64,000 bases of DNA from Verrucomicrobiota bacterium (GCA_049516255.1 JBEKTH010000005.1:7798-71797); one strand, 5' to 3'; positions 47,088-57,390 are shown, counted from the stretch's first letter. Made by a program: numbers and translations. Notes: generated by a model from the letters alone, not told the origin.

Positions 47088-49844
47088 TTAGAAAACGTAT
47101 TCCGCGACGTACTCACGGTCGCCGGGATGGGCGGTCAACCGAAAGCCGACCTTTTTGCTGACCTGGTGCATGGCATGGTTGTCGGCCATGATTTCGGCGG
47201 AGAGGTGCGTGAGTTTCTCGTCCCGTCCGATTTCCACGAGGCGTTTGAGCAGCTCGGTGCCGAGCCCCTGTTTTTGCCAATGGTCGTTGACGAGCAGGGC
47301 GAACTCGCCTTCGTTCAGGCCGTGTTCCTTGCTCAACCGGCCCACACCGAGGATTTCCCCCTGTCTGGTTTTGGGGTCCTTGCGTTCAACCACGAGCGCG
47401 ATTTCCCGGTCATAATCGTTGAAACAGATGCGGGTCAGCCGTTCGTGCGCGATGCGCTGGTCCAGTTTCAACTGGGTGAAATAGCGGTGATACACGCTTT
47501 CTTCGGAGAGGGTTTCGTGGAACCGGACCAACAACGGCTCGTCCTCGGGCTGGATCGGGCGGATGATGACCGGCGTACCGTCCCTCAGCTTCCATTTTGA
47601 AACGTACCGGGTCGGGTAGGGACGAATGGCCAGCCGGGGCAGCCGGTCTTCCGTCGTCTTCGGATCATGCAGGATGACCCGGGCATCGAGCGCCACCAGC
47701 TCGTCCGCGGAGGCGAACAGGGGGTTGATGTCAATTTCCTTGATCCAGCGTTGTTCGGCCACGAGCTGGCTGAACCCGACCATCAATTTTTCGAGCGCGG
47801 CCAGATTGACCGATTTGCGGCCGCGGACGCCCTTGAGCGCGCTGTAAATTTTGGTCGTTTCCATCATGCGCCGGGCCAGCGTGGTGTTCAGCGGCGGCAA
47901 CGCCAGCGCCTTGTCCTTGAAAACTTCGACCAACTGGCCGCCCATGCCGAACAGGAGCACCGGCCCGAATTGCGGGTCAATGCTGCTGCCGAGGATGATT
48001 TCGTAACCATCACTCAGCTTGATCATCTTCTGGACGGTGACACCCTGAAAATGCTGCGCCCCGGCCTTTTCCGTGCAGGCGGTCTTGATGGCCTTGAACG
48101 CGCGTTTGACCTCGGCTTCGTCCTTGAGATTCAACTGCACGCCGCCCACGTCGGTCTTGTGCGTGATGGTTTCGGAATAAAGTTTCAGCACGATGGGGTA
48201 GCCGATTTCCGTGGCGAGTTTGACGGCCTCATTCTCGGTTGCCGCAATTTTGGTGACCACGGTCGGGATGTTGTAACAGGCGAGCAGCTCCTTGGATTCG
48301 GATTCGGTGAAGATGGTGCGACCGGTTTTCCGGACGGATTCAATCAAGGTTTGGGCCCGGGCGCGTCCGGATTTCAGGTCGTCGGCATCGGCGGAGGGCA
48401 CGGGGGTTTCGTACAGCGCCCGGAGATTGTCAGCGTAACGCCACATGGACGTAAACACGCGCGCCGCGGTATCGGGATAGGGAAAGGTCGGGATGCCGGC
48501 GGCATTGAGAATCTGTTCGCCTTCGGCGACGTCCTTGCCGCCCATCCAACTGGCGAGCACGGGCTTGCCTTCGATATGGCCGAACGCCTTCAATTTCTCC
48601 GCCGTGTTGGTGCATTCGGTCATGGACTGCGGCGTCAAAATAACGAGCAGACCGTCGCTGTTGGGATCGCGCCCGGCGATTTCGAGTGTCCGGGCGTAAA
48701 CTTCAGCGCTCGCATCGCCGAGCACGTCCACCGGATTGTTGCGCGACCAGGAAGGAGGTAGAAACTTGTTCAGTTCCTCTATGGTGCCCTTGGAGACTTC
48801 CGCCAGTGCGCCCCCGGTGGTGATCAGCGCGTCGGTGGCCAGCACCCCTGGACCGCCGGCATTGGTGATCATGGTCAGGCGGTTGCCCCGGGGCCGCGGC
48901 TGCCGGCCCAGCACCTCGGACATGTAAAACAGATCGGAAATGTTGTTCACCCGCAACACGCCGCAACGTTTGAACGCGGCCTCCAGCACGTCGTCGCTGC
49001 CGGTCAATGAACCGGTATGCGAGGCCGCGGCCTTGGCGGCGCCCTCCGTGCGACCGGGCTTGATGACGATGATGGGCTTGGTGAGCGCGACTTCGCGGGC
49101 GGCGGACAGGAACGAACGGGCGTCACCGATGGTTTCCATGTAGATGACGATGCTCTTGGTGTTCGGGTCATCCCCCAGGTAATAAATCAAATCGCCCCAG
49201 CCGACATCGAGCATCGAGCCGAGCGAGGCGAAGCAACTGAACCCGACGTTTTCCTTGAGGCTCCAGTCGAGCACGGCGCAACAGAGCGCGCCGCTTTGAC
49301 TGAGAAAGCCGACGTTCCCGGGCCGGGCGATGGTGGCCGCGAAACTAGCGTTGAACCCGATGTTCGGCATCTGGACGCCGAGGCAGTTCGGCCCGACAAT
49401 GCGCATGCCGGCGGCGCGCGCGTCGGCGAGGATTTGTTGTTCCAGTTTCACGCCTTCGGGGCCGGTCTCCTTGAAACCTGCGGAAATGATGATGACCCCG
49501 GCCACCCCGGCCTTGGCGCAATCCTTGATCAGGCCCGGCACGGTTTTGGCCGGCGTGCAAATGACCGCCAGGTCCACCTTTTCCGGCATGGCGTCGATGC
49601 TGGGATAAGCCTTGACGCACAGGACGGAGGCGCGCTTCGGGTTGACGGGATAGACTACGCCGCTGAAGCCGCCGCGACCGAGATTCTCAAACAGCATCCG
49701 TCCGACACTGCGAGGTTTGTCCGTGGCGCCGATCACCGCGACCACCTTTGGGGCGCATATGGGATCCAAGGGATGCTTGCGTGTCTGGTGCAGGATGTCG
49801 TGCGCGGGCTCAAGGCGTTGCGGTGCGGGTGTGACGGTGGTCAT
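47088..49844 (-). CDS. Pat-like fusion: NDP-forming acyl-CoA synthetase domains plus a C-terminal GNAT acetyltransferase
   Basis: Start at MTTVTPAP inside ORF 47088..49940. CoA-binding [17 protein letters not shown]-grasp region, and C-terminal GNAT ([17 protein letters not shown]). Confidence 0.8.
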   Translation of the reverse strand: MTTVTPAPQRLEPAHDILHQTRKHPLDPICAPKVVAVIGATDKPRSVGRMLFENLGRGGFSGVVYPVNPKRASVLCVKAYPSIDAMPEKVDLAVICTPAKTVPGLIKDCAKAGVAGVIIISAGFKETGPEGVKLEQQILADARAAGMRIVGPNCLGVQMPNIGFNASFAATIARPGNVGFLSQSGALCCAVLDWSLKENVGFSCFASLGSMLDVGWGDLIYYLGDDPNTKSIVIYMETIGDARSFLSAAREVALTKPIIVIKPGRTEGAAKAAASHTGSLTGSDDVLEAAFKRCGVLRVNNISDLFYMSEVLGRQPRPRGNRLTMITNAGGPGVLATDALITTGGALAEVSKGTIEELNKFLPPSWSRNNPVDVLGDASAEVYARTLEIAGRDPNSDGLLVILTPQSMTECTNTAEKLKAFGHIEGKPVLASWMGGKDVAEGEQILNAAGIPTFPYPDTAARVFTSMWRYADNLRALYETPVPSADADDLKSGRARAQTLIESVRKTGRTIFTESESKELLACYNIPTVVTKIAATENEAVKLATEIGYPIVLKLYSETITHKTDVGGVQLNLKDEAEVKRAFKAIKTACTEKAGAQHFQGVTVQKMIKLSDGYEIILGSSIDPQFGPVLLFGMGGQLVEVFKDKALALPPLNTTLARRMMETTKIYSALKGVRGRKSVNLAALEKLMVGFSQLVAEQRWIKEIDINPLFASADELVALDARVILHDPKTTEDRLPRLAIRPYPTRYVSKWKLRDGTPVIIRPIQPEDEPLLVRFHETLSEESVYHRYFTQLKLDQRIAHERLTRICFNDYDREIALVVERKDPKTRQGEILGVGRLSKEHGLNEGEFALLVNDHWQKQGLGTELLKRLVEIGRDEKLTHLSAEIMADNHAMHQVSKKVGFRLTAHPGDREYVAEYVF

Positions 49845-50192
49845 GATTGATCCAAAATGTTTGCTTGTTTTTATATTTATAAATGCCGGTCCGGCTCCGG
49901 CTTCAAAAGCCGGCCAATCCGGCCGAAATCGATTTGGCATCGGGTCCGGGGCATAAAAAATACCATCCCCACAACTTCATCCTTTTGCGCAAAACTACTT
50001 ACCAAACCTTGTTGAAGACTTTACCAATCTTGCAGAGCTTGGCCAACGGGATATAAAAACAACCCGGTGCAGGTGGTTTCCTGGACCGAATTCCCCCTCA
50101 TGGCATAAAATAACGTATTCTTCTATTATTATTTTTACATTTCAGTTATACTCATCTATGCTTAGTGTCGAAGCAGGCAACGAAAGGTTTTT

Positions 50193-50777
50193 ATGATACT
50201 GGACTATGCGTTGGAAAAGTTTCCGTTCCATGTGAAATTGCGCGACGGCACGGAATGCGTCGTGCGCCCGCTGGGCAAACGGGACGCCGCGCGGCTGCAT
50301 AAATTTTTTCTCGCGGTGCCGGAGGAGGAACGGCTGTTCATCAAGCAGCCGGTTTCCGACCGGGCCCTGTTCCAGGAGTGGTGCCGCGACGCCGACTTCG
50401 AGCGCAACCTGCCGCTGCTCATGTTACACCGGGAAAAGATCATCGGTGAAGCGACGCTGCATCAACGTCTCGGCGGCTGGAAACGCCACATCGGTCTCGT
50501 CACGGTCCTGACGCACCCGCAATATCGTGGGCGCGACGTGGCCAAATTTCTGGTGACCGAACTGGTGGAAGTCGCGCGCTCGCTGGGGCTGCGCCGGCTG
50601 GAGGCGGAGTTGAACGGCGAACGCAAGGTGGCCATTCGCGCGCTGGAGCAACTCGGTTTCAGCCAGTTGATGCGTTTGCCGCAGCATGTCCTGGACATGA
50701 AAACCGTTCCGCATGATTACGTGTTCATGGGCGCGGACCTGCACCTGAACGAGGAATACGCCGGCGTGGGCGAGTGA
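50193..50777 (+). CDS. GNAT family N-acetyltransferase
   Basis: 194 aa with the VLTHPQYRGRDVAKFLV acetyl-CoA-binding motif. Confidence 0.75.
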   Translation: MILDYALEKFPFHVKLRDGTECVVRPLGKRDAARLHKFFLAVPEEERLFIKQPVSDRALFQEWCRDADFERNLPLLMLHREKIIGEATLHQRLGGWKRHIGLVTVLTHPQYRGRDVAKFLVTELVEVARSLGLRRLEAELNGERKVAIRALEQLGFSQLMRLPQHVLDMKTVPHDYVFMGADLHLNEEYAGVGE

Positions 50778-50780
50778 ACG

Positions 50781-51458
50781 TCAGGCGCCGGACTCCTCGG
50801 TTTCCAGCCAGCGGACGGCATGGCGGACGAGATCCGTCGCCGTCTTCAGTTTTAATTTTTTCTTGATGTTCAGGCGGTGGACTTCGACGGTCTTGGCGCT
50901 CAAGTGCAGGTGCGCGGCGATTTCGCGCGTGCTCTTGCCCTGGCCGATCAGTTGAAACACTTCAAACTCCCGGTCGGATAGCTGTTGGACCGGGGAAACG
51001 GCCGCCTCGGCTTGCCGCCCGGAAAAGGTTTCCAGGATCCCCGCGGACATTTTTTCGCTCACGTAAATCTGCCCGTTCAACACCTGGCGGATGGCCTGGA
51101 GCAGTTTTTTACCGCCTTCCTGTTTCATGATATAGCCGCGCCCGCCGGCTCGGAGGACGCGTTCGGTGTACAGCGATTCGTCGTGCATGGACACCACGAG
51201 GATGGGCAGGCCGGGCTTGAGTGCCCGGAGGTCCTTGATGAGTTCCAGGCCGCTTTTGTCGGGCAGGGAAATGTCGAGCAGGATCAAATCGAGCGTCTGG
51301 CCGACGGCGATGTCGAGCGCTTGGCCGGCGTTGTCGGCCTCGGCGCAGACTTTCAGATCCCTCTCGTTATCGATCAATTGCGCCAGCCCGGTGCGCATCA
51401 TCGGATGGTCGTCCACGATGAGCAACCGTTTTACGGAGGGTTTAGTTTTTGCGGGCAT
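50781..51458 (-). CDS. NarL/LuxR-family response regulator
   Basis: Receiver domain (LLIVDDHPMM, DLILLDISLPD) plus a C-terminal LuxR HTH (LSDREFEVFQLIGQGKSTREIA). Confidence 0.9.
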   Translation of the reverse strand: MPAKTKPSVKRLLIVDDHPMMRTGLAQLIDNERDLKVCAEADNAGQALDIAVGQTLDLILLDISLPDKSGLELIKDLRALKPGLPILVVSMHDESLYTERVLRAGGRGYIMKQEGGKKLLQAIRQVLNGQIYVSEKMSAGILETFSGRQAEAAVSPVQQLSDREFEVFQLIGQGKSTREIAAHLHLSAKTVEVHRLNIKKKLKLKTATDLVRHAVRWLETEESGA

Positions 51459-52596
51459 GTGGGTTGCTCGTTTTTTGCCGGACGGCCACGTTCGGGGTTC
51501 TGACGGTCACGCTCGTGCCGCCGGCGGCGTTCCGTTCGATGGCCAGTGTGCCGCCGATCATCCCGGCCCGGGATTGCATGATGCGCAAACCCATGCCTTT
51601 CGACTTCGGACGTTGCGGGGAGAACCCCGAGCCATTGTCAATCACACTCAGAATCATCTGTCCCCGTTCCTCTTTCAATCGAATTAAAATCCGCTTCGCC
51701 TGGCCGTGCTTGAGGGCATTGGAAACCGCCTCCTGCGCCAGCCGGAACAGATGGGTGGCGGCGGGAAAATCCGAGACCAGCACTGGCGGGTCGCAGTCGA
51801 ACCGGCAGGTGACGCGGAAGATTTTTTCCGTGCTCAGGGCCAGTTCCTGCAACGCGGACATGAGTCCCTCCGATTCCAGGGTGACAGGCGAAAGGCCGCG
51901 CGCCAGCAGGCGCGTGTGGCCGATGGCTTCGCGGACGTTTTTGGCGATGTCGCTTGCGCGGGCGGCGGCGGCTTTCGAGCGCCGGGCCAGTTTTTGTTCC
52001 AGCACCTGGCTCATGAGCTCAATCCCGGCCAGATGCTGGCACAGGCCGTCGTGCAGATCGTGTCCAATGCGCCGTTGTTCGCGCTCGCTGATTTCCAGGA
52101 TCTCCTTCTCGAGCCGTTTGCGTTCGGTGATGTCGCGGATGAATCCGGTGAACAAACGCCGGTCGGCCAGCCGCACTTCGCTCACGGAAAGGTCCATGGG
52201 AAACACCGTGCCGTTCTTCCGGCGGGCGACAATCTCGCGGCCGATGCCGATGATTTTGGCGTGGCCGGTGTGAAGGTAATTGCCCAGGTAAGTATCATGT
52301 TGTTCCCGATGCGGCGACGGCATGAGGACGCTGACGTTCTTGCCAATGACCTCTTTCGCCCGGTAACCAAAAATCCGTTCCGCCGCCGGATTGAAGGACT
52401 CGATGATGCCGCGCTCGTCAATGGTGATGATGCCTTCCACCGCCGTTTCCAGAATGGCGCGGAGTCGCTCGGCGCTGTCGCCCAACGCAGTCGCCGCCCG
52501 CCGGCGCTGGGTGCGGGTGCGCATGACATGCCGGGAGCGAAGCTGGCGGATCCACGCCAGCAATTCGGCCTTGGACATTTTCCGATAGTCCTTCAT
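51442..52596 (-). CDS. PAS-domain sensor histidine kinase (HisKA_3 type)
   Basis: PAS region (EGIITIDERGIIESFNPAAERIFGY), H-box RIGHDLHDGLCQHL, and HATPase motifs. Start at Met-38 of ORF 51442..52707 is preferred but uncertain. Confidence 0.85.
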   Translation of the reverse strand: MKDYRKMSKAELLAWIRQLRSRHVMRTRTQRRRAATALGDSAERLRAILETAVEGIITIDERGIIESFNPAAERIFGYRAKEVIGKNVSVLMPSPHREQHDTYLGNYLHTGHAKIIGIGREIVARRKNGTVFPMDLSVSEVRLADRRLFTGFIRDITERKRLEKEILEISEREQRRIGHDLHDGLCQHLAGIELMSQVLEQKLARRSKAAAARASDIAKNVREAIGHTRLLARGLSPVTLESEGLMSALQELALSTEKIFRVTCRFDCDPPVLVSDFPAATHLFRLAQEAVSNALKHGQAKRILIRLKEERGQMILSVIDNGSGFSPQRPKSKGMGLRIMQSRAGMIGGTLAIERNAAGGTSVTVRTPNVAVRQKTSNPHARKN

Positions 52597-52734
52597 TTCG
52601 AGAGCGAAGAAACTATCGGGAAAACCGGCGCTGATGCCAACCTCAAACGCGTGACCGGTGGCCGGTGGCCGGTGACGAGAACCGTACGGTGTGGCTTTCC
52701 TGGTCACGTCACTGGTTACCCGTACTGGTCAAAG

Positions 52735-53781
52735 TTAGTGCGTCAGCAACTGTGCCCGGTACTCGGTGGGGGACTGGCCCAGAAGTTTTTTGAACACCCG
52801 GTTGAAATGCGTCAGTGATTGGAAACCGACCTCAAACGCGATTTCGCTCACGCGCAGGTTCGGGTTGAGCAGGAGATTTTTGGCTTTTTCGATGCGCACC
52901 CGCGAGAGGTAATCGGTGAAGTTGATGCCCGTGACCCGCTTGAACATCTTGCAAAAATAGAACGCGCTCATGTTGACCGCCTTGGAGACGTGGCCGAGTG
53001 AAAGTTTCTCGGCCTGGTGTTCGCAAATGTAATCCTTCGCCCGCTTGATGACGGGCGATTCCGAATTTTCCTGCTGGATAAAAACCTGGTTGCTGATCAT
53101 GGCCAGGTGTTGGGCGAAAATCGTGAGCAATTTGACAACCGAATCATGCTCCTTGACGGACACCACTTTGCCGGCAAAATAAGCCTTCTTCAGGGTATCG
53201 CGATTTATCTCCAGGCCCCATTCCGACACCTGTTTGGCCACCCGCCCAAACTGGGCCTCGGTCGGTTTCTTGCGGAATAGTTGCCCGGTTTGCAAATAAC
53301 CGATCAACCGGTCGCTCAACCGCACCGGGACGGCGGTTTCGCAAAGGCCGGAGTGACAGGAGATTGACTGCGGTTCGAGCGTCGCCTTTTCACACAGGCG
53401 CTCCCGCGTCTGCAAACAGGCCGCGCAGGCGCGGCTTTTCTGCGACATCAACGCGCAAAACGGGTTCTCATTACGCCGGCCATGATACGGCAACTGCCAG
53501 GTTTCAATCGGCTGCAACACCATCGGCAAACCGGTCATGTCGCCAAAGGCGCGCTCGTATTCCTGATAAACCTTGGAGCCGATGAGCGCCTCGATCAGGG
53601 AGCGGTTGGCGTTGCCATTCCCGTTGCCGTTGCCATTGCCGGTCGGTGCCGCCGTGCCGGCTTTGCTCACCGTCACCCCCGTGTCCCGCGCCGGCAACTG
53701 GGGCGCGGCGGGGGAATGTCCTTGAAAACCAGCGGGAGCCGGGTGACTGCCTGAATCCTGCCTAACAAATGTTGTTTGCAT
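52735..53781 (-). CDS. AraC-family regulator with a PocR-like sensory domain
   Basis: Cys-rich PocR-like region (FCALMSQKSRACAACLQ ... ISCHSGLCETAVPV) and a C-terminal AraC HTH. The N-terminus contains GNGNGNGNGN. Confidence 0.8.
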   Translation of the reverse strand: MQTTFVRQDSGSHPAPAGFQGHSPAAPQLPARDTGVTVSKAGTAAPTGNGNGNGNGNANRSLIEALIGSKVYQEYERAFGDMTGLPMVLQPIETWQLPYHGRRNENPFCALMSQKSRACAACLQTRERLCEKATLEPQSISCHSGLCETAVPVRLSDRLIGYLQTGQLFRKKPTEAQFGRVAKQVSEWGLEINRDTLKKAYFAGKVVSVKEHDSVVKLLTIFAQHLAMISNQVFIQQENSESPVIKRAKDYICEHQAEKLSLGHVSKAVNMSAFYFCKMFKRVTGINFTDYLSRVRIEKAKNLLLNPNLRVSEIAFEVGFQSLTHFNRVFKKLLGQSPTEYRAQLLTH

Positions 53782-53986
53782 GACGACAAATTAAGTGAAG
53801 GAGCCAATTCCGACAATTGGTGCCCAGCCTGATTGCGTACAAGGAAAAAGCACTAGCCACCTAAGGGAAAACGGTAGTGGTGCGTAAGGGTGTTGATTGA
53901 GGGTGGAATGGCTGAATCAGGCTTGCTAGGAGCATGGGGAAGGCATTTTATATCGCAAAGACGCTTAACCCCGAACTATCCTGATA

Positions 53987-54208
53987 ATGACTGAAGACGA
54001 CAAAAAGGCTCTTTTGGAAAAGAGAGTGCAGGAAATGAGAAAAAAGCGCGATGCGGCTTGGGAAAAAGGTGAATCATGGCCACCCCAGCCTGAGCAAAAT
54101 CAGGATATTCCAGTTTTCACATGGATTCTAACAATCGTTGTCGTGGTGAATGTTATTATGGTAATTGTCGCGTTTGTAAAATTTGTTCTGTTCTGGGATT
54201 TTCATTGA
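53987..54208 (+). CDS. Small hypothetical membrane protein (charged N-terminus, one C-terminal TM helix)
   Basis: 73-aa ORF in an AT-rich islet. Its stop abuts the next ATG (TGAATG). Confidence 0.45.
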   Translation: MTEDDKKALLEKRVQEMRKKRDAAWEKGESWPPQPEQNQDIPVFTWILTIVVVVNVIMVIVAFVKFVLFWDFH

Positions 54209-54589
54209 ATGAACGTTGAGATTTTAACCGTTTGCGATTTTGCAGCGAATCATGACGGTTAGTTGGACATAAAAGGCGCTTCATGTGTGTTCCGGGCCGA
54301 TCAATCCCCAGCCAAGTTGCAATTTTACATTGTAGCCAGAGTCCGGTATGAACCATCAGAGGCAGGCATCCACCCCATTAAAATCTCAATTGTGAATCAG
54401 GACGGGAATTATGTGATCCCCCCAGCAATGCGGGAAAATACTATCCAGTTTTCAGAAGCCGGTTGCGTGGATGAAATTCTGCTTAACATTAAGGAAATCA
54501 CTTTTGAATCTTTCGGCGAATACAGCGTCGTTTTGCAGGTGGACGGGGAGCCTCTAGCGTCCCAACCGTTGTATGTCCTTCCTGCTTGA
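54209..54589 (+). pseudogene. Hypothetical protein gene interrupted by an in-frame TAG at 54260-54262
   Basis: ATG 54209 reads MNVEILTVCDFAANHDG, then TAG, then LDIKGASCVFRADQ... continuing as ORF 54263..54589 in the same frame. The N-terminal pattern (hydrophobic-CDFA-x5-G-[stop]-L-I-G) resembles a small conserved DUF family; this is from memory, unverified. Confidence 0.5.
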
Positions 54590-54729
54590 AAGTCCATTTT
54601 AAATGCCTGTTTGCGTGGTAAACTTGGCTGGATTTGATTTCATCCACAAATTCAGCCAGTCAATCCGGAACAGAAGTAAAAACACAAGGGTGGTTGACCC
54701 AAGGATTTTCATGTGAGATCAACCGATTC

Positions 54730-55149
54730 TTAATGCGTAAGACGCCAAATGAAATATCCGGCAATGATTGTTCCGACAATGCCGAAAAACCACCAGTAAA
54801 AGTGAAACCGATTTTGCTTTATCAATCCAATGGAGGTCTGTGCTTCCGCCTTTTTATTCAATTCTTCAAGGTGTGCCCTACCGGCTGGTTTGATCTCCAT
54901 ATTAATGAGATAACAAACTTGCCCGACCGCATCTCGCCCCAAATCGGTTGTTGAAATGAAACGGCCTAAATACAATTCTGTTAATGCTCTTAAATCATCT
55001 AGTGATGTATTCTCATCCGTAGAAACCGGGCCATCGGCATTGGAAAGAATGGTCAACAACCTGATAAACCTACTCTCTACCGTTTCATTGCGTATGCCAT
55101 TTGACCATGAAAAACCTTTGCTCTCTGGTGTGTTGTGCGGGCTGGTCAT
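54730..55149 (-). CDS. Hypothetical protein with a C-terminal TM anchor
   Basis: 139-aa ORF in the AT-rich islet with C-terminal FHFYWWFFGIVGTIIAGYFIW. Confidence 0.5.
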   Translation of the reverse strand: MTSPHNTPESKGFSWSNGIRNETVESRFIRLLTILSNADGPVSTDENTSLDDLRALTELYLGRFISTTDLGRDAVGQVCYLINMEIKPAGRAHLEELNKKAEAQTSIGLIKQNRFHFYWWFFGIVGTIIAGYFIWRLTH

Positions 55150-55333
55150 TTTAATGGCATTGCATCTGTATTTGACGTGGAACGTGTCGCCGTAGGTATA
55201 AAGCTACTAATTCGATTGCGCCAGCATTTCCTCAATCGTCCACTGGTGGTTTGACTAGCTCCAACTGAGGATATTATGGGTTTAAACCAAAATACTTCCG
55301 CGCCCGGCGGACTTTGCGCTTTGAACTCGCGGG

Positions 55334-56278
55334 TTGGCCGCATATAAATCTCGCGTGTCACAACCCGGCCAGCCCGCCATCAATGCCGCCACGCGCTGTT
55401 GCGCGGTTTTGGGTTTTCCCATCGGCCATTCCGCGTCGCCGGCCATGCACAACGCCGCCTTCGCCGCCCTCGGTCTGAACGGGCGTTATCTCGCCTTTGA
55501 AGTGCGCCCCGATGATCTGCCCGCCGCCATCGAGGGCGCCCGTGTTATGGGGTTTGCCGGCCTAAACCTGACCGTGCCGCACAAACTGCTGGCACTGAAG
55601 CTGGTGGATGCCTTGGATGTGTCAGCAAAAGTTTGGGGCGCAGTTAATACAATTCTTTTTGAAGGCCGACATGCTCGTGGTGGCTGGCAGCCGTTACGGG
55701 AATTTAAACAAGACTCGCCCGTCGAGATTCGCACGCGCGGATTTAACACGGACGCTGATGCGATTGTCGTCGCGGTACGAACGGATTTAGAAATCGAGTT
55801 GCGCGGAAAAAAGGTTTTGTTGCTTGGCGCGGGCGGGGCGGGGCGGACGGCGGCATTGCGTTTTGCTGCGGAAGGAGTCTCGGAGTTATTTTTAGTCAAT
55901 CGCACATTTGGCAAAGCTCAAAAAATCCGGATAGAGATCACAAAACAATTTCCTTCTGTATGCGTCAATCTCGGTTATCCCAAAACCGAAGTCGATCTTG
56001 TGGTTAACGCCACGTCGTTGGGCTTGAAGCCGGGTGACCCGTTGCCGTGTGATGGAAGGCAATTTTCACTGAAGCAGGCGGGAGCGGTTTACGACCTGAT
56101 TTATCGTCCGGCGGAAACTCCGTTGTTGAAGGCCGCCCGGAAGGCCGGGTGCCAAACCGCCAACGGCCTCGGTATGTTGTTGCATCAGGGCGCGAAGGCA
56201 TTTGAAATCTGGACGGGCAAACCCGCGCCGCTCGCCGTGATGCGCCGCGCGCTGGAACAAAACGTCTATGGGCATTGA
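55334..56278 (+). CDS. aroE: Shikimate dehydrogenase
   Basis: VLGFPIGHSASPAMHNAAF, GLNLTVPHK, NTD and LLGAGGAGR motifs. The start is uncertain (TTG 55334 or GTG 55355). Confidence 0.85.
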   Translation: MAAYKSRVSQPGQPAINAATRCCAVLGFPIGHSASPAMHNAAFAALGLNGRYLAFEVRPDDLPAAIEGARVMGFAGLNLTVPHKLLALKLVDALDVSAKVWGAVNTILFEGRHARGGWQPLREFKQDSPVEIRTRGFNTDADAIVVAVRTDLEIELRGKKVLLLGAGGAGRTAALRFAAEGVSELFLVNRTFGKAQKIRIEITKQFPSVCVNLGYPKTEVDLVVNATSLGLKPGDPLPCDGRQFSLKQAGAVYDLIYRPAETPLLKAARKAGCQTANGLGMLLHQGAKAFEIWTGKPAPLAVMRRALEQNVYGH

Positions 56279-57383
56279 ACCGATTTTCGACGCGCACACC
56301 TGGGAGCTGGTGCCGTTCCATTTTTGGTCGCTGGTCTTCTTTGTGTTCGGCTGCATCGTCGGCAGTTTCCTGAACGTGTGCATTTACCGGCTGCCGCTGG
56401 GCATGAGCATTGTCACGCCGCCGTCGCATTGCCCGCACTGCCAGTACTCCATTCCTTGGTACCTTAACGTACCGCTGGTGACCTGGCTGGTGCTGCGCGG
56501 CCGCTGCAAAAACTGCGGCGCGCCGATTTCACCGCGTTATTTCATTGTCGAACTGCTGACCGGCGCGACCTTTTTAAGCTGCTGGCTGGCCTTTGGAAAG
56601 GTGTCGCCGGTCATTGCCATTATTTACGACATCCTGCTCGCCGGATTGATTGTGGCCACCTTCATTGACTTCGAACATTTCATCATCCCCGACGAAATCA
56701 CGTACGGCGGCATGGCCGCCGGTCTCATCGGGTCGTTTCTATTTCCAGTACTGCACGATGCGCATACGCTGACCGCGGGAATGTGGCAGGGTGTGCTCGG
56801 TATGGGCGCCGGGGCGGGAATCATTTACGCGATTCTGCGGCTGGGGAAATTGTTGTTTGGGCGGCAGCGATTGAAACTGCCGGTGGACACGAAAATTGTC
56901 TTCACCGAAACATCCGTGCATCTGCCCGACCGGGAGATTCCCTACGACGAATTGTTTTACCGCCAGTCGGACGTGATTACGCTGCGGGCGCGGACGGTGG
57001 AACTGGTGGATCGCGGTTACTCGGACGTGCGGGTGCGGCTGGCGCTCCGGTCGGGCTGGCTGGAAATCGGCGGGGAACGGCTGAATCCCGAGTCCGTGCC
57101 GTTCCTGGAGGCGGTCAGCGCGGAAATTGTGTTGCCGCGCGAGGCGATGGGCCTGGGCGACGTGAAATTCATGGGCGCCATCGGTGCGTTTGTCGGCTGG
57201 CAGGGCGTGGTGTTCTCGTTGATGGTCAGCTCGATGATCGGTGCGGTGATTGGCATGGCGCTCATCGTGATGCGGCGGCGCGAATGGTCATCGCGGATGC
57301 CGTATGGCCCTTACATCGCGCTCGCGGCGGCGATCTGGATTTTTGGCGGAAAGCAAATCGTCCACGCCATTTTCGCCATGTAA
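56268..57383 (+). CDS. pilD: Prepilin peptidase (A24 family) with an unusually long insert between the catalytic Asp motifs
   Basis: CPHCQ..CKNC zinc motif, IPDEITYGG (first Asp) and GLGDVKFMGAIG (second Asp). Confidence 0.85.
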   Translation: MGIEPIFDAHTWELVPFHFWSLVFFVFGCIVGSFLNVCIYRLPLGMSIVTPPSHCPHCQYSIPWYLNVPLVTWLVLRGRCKNCGAPISPRYFIVELLTGATFLSCWLAFGKVSPVIAIIYDILLAGLIVATFIDFEHFIIPDEITYGGMAAGLIGSFLFPVLHDAHTLTAGMWQGVLGMGAGAGIIYAILRLGKLLFGRQRLKLPVDTKIVFTETSVHLPDREIPYDELFYRQSDVITLRARTVELVDRGYSDVRVRLALRSGWLEIGGERLNPESVPFLEAVSAEIVLPREAMGLGDVKFMGAIGAFVGWQGVVFSLMVSSMIGAVIGMALIVMRRREWSSRMPYGPYIALAAAIWIFGGKQIVHAIFAM

Positions 57384-57390
57384 ACGCCGG

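Noticed and set aside
54260-54262. Possibility that the in-frame TAG reflects stop-codon reassignment or pyrrolysine.
   Set aside because: TAG terminates hypE (17186-17188) and adk (complement of 17185-17187) at positions consistent with full-length proteins. No pyl genes were seen.
54634-54954. ORF 54634..54954(+) in the AT-rich islet.
   Set aside because: It overlaps the more convincing minus-strand ORF 54730..55149, which has a clean C-terminal TM helix, and its own sequence has no features.
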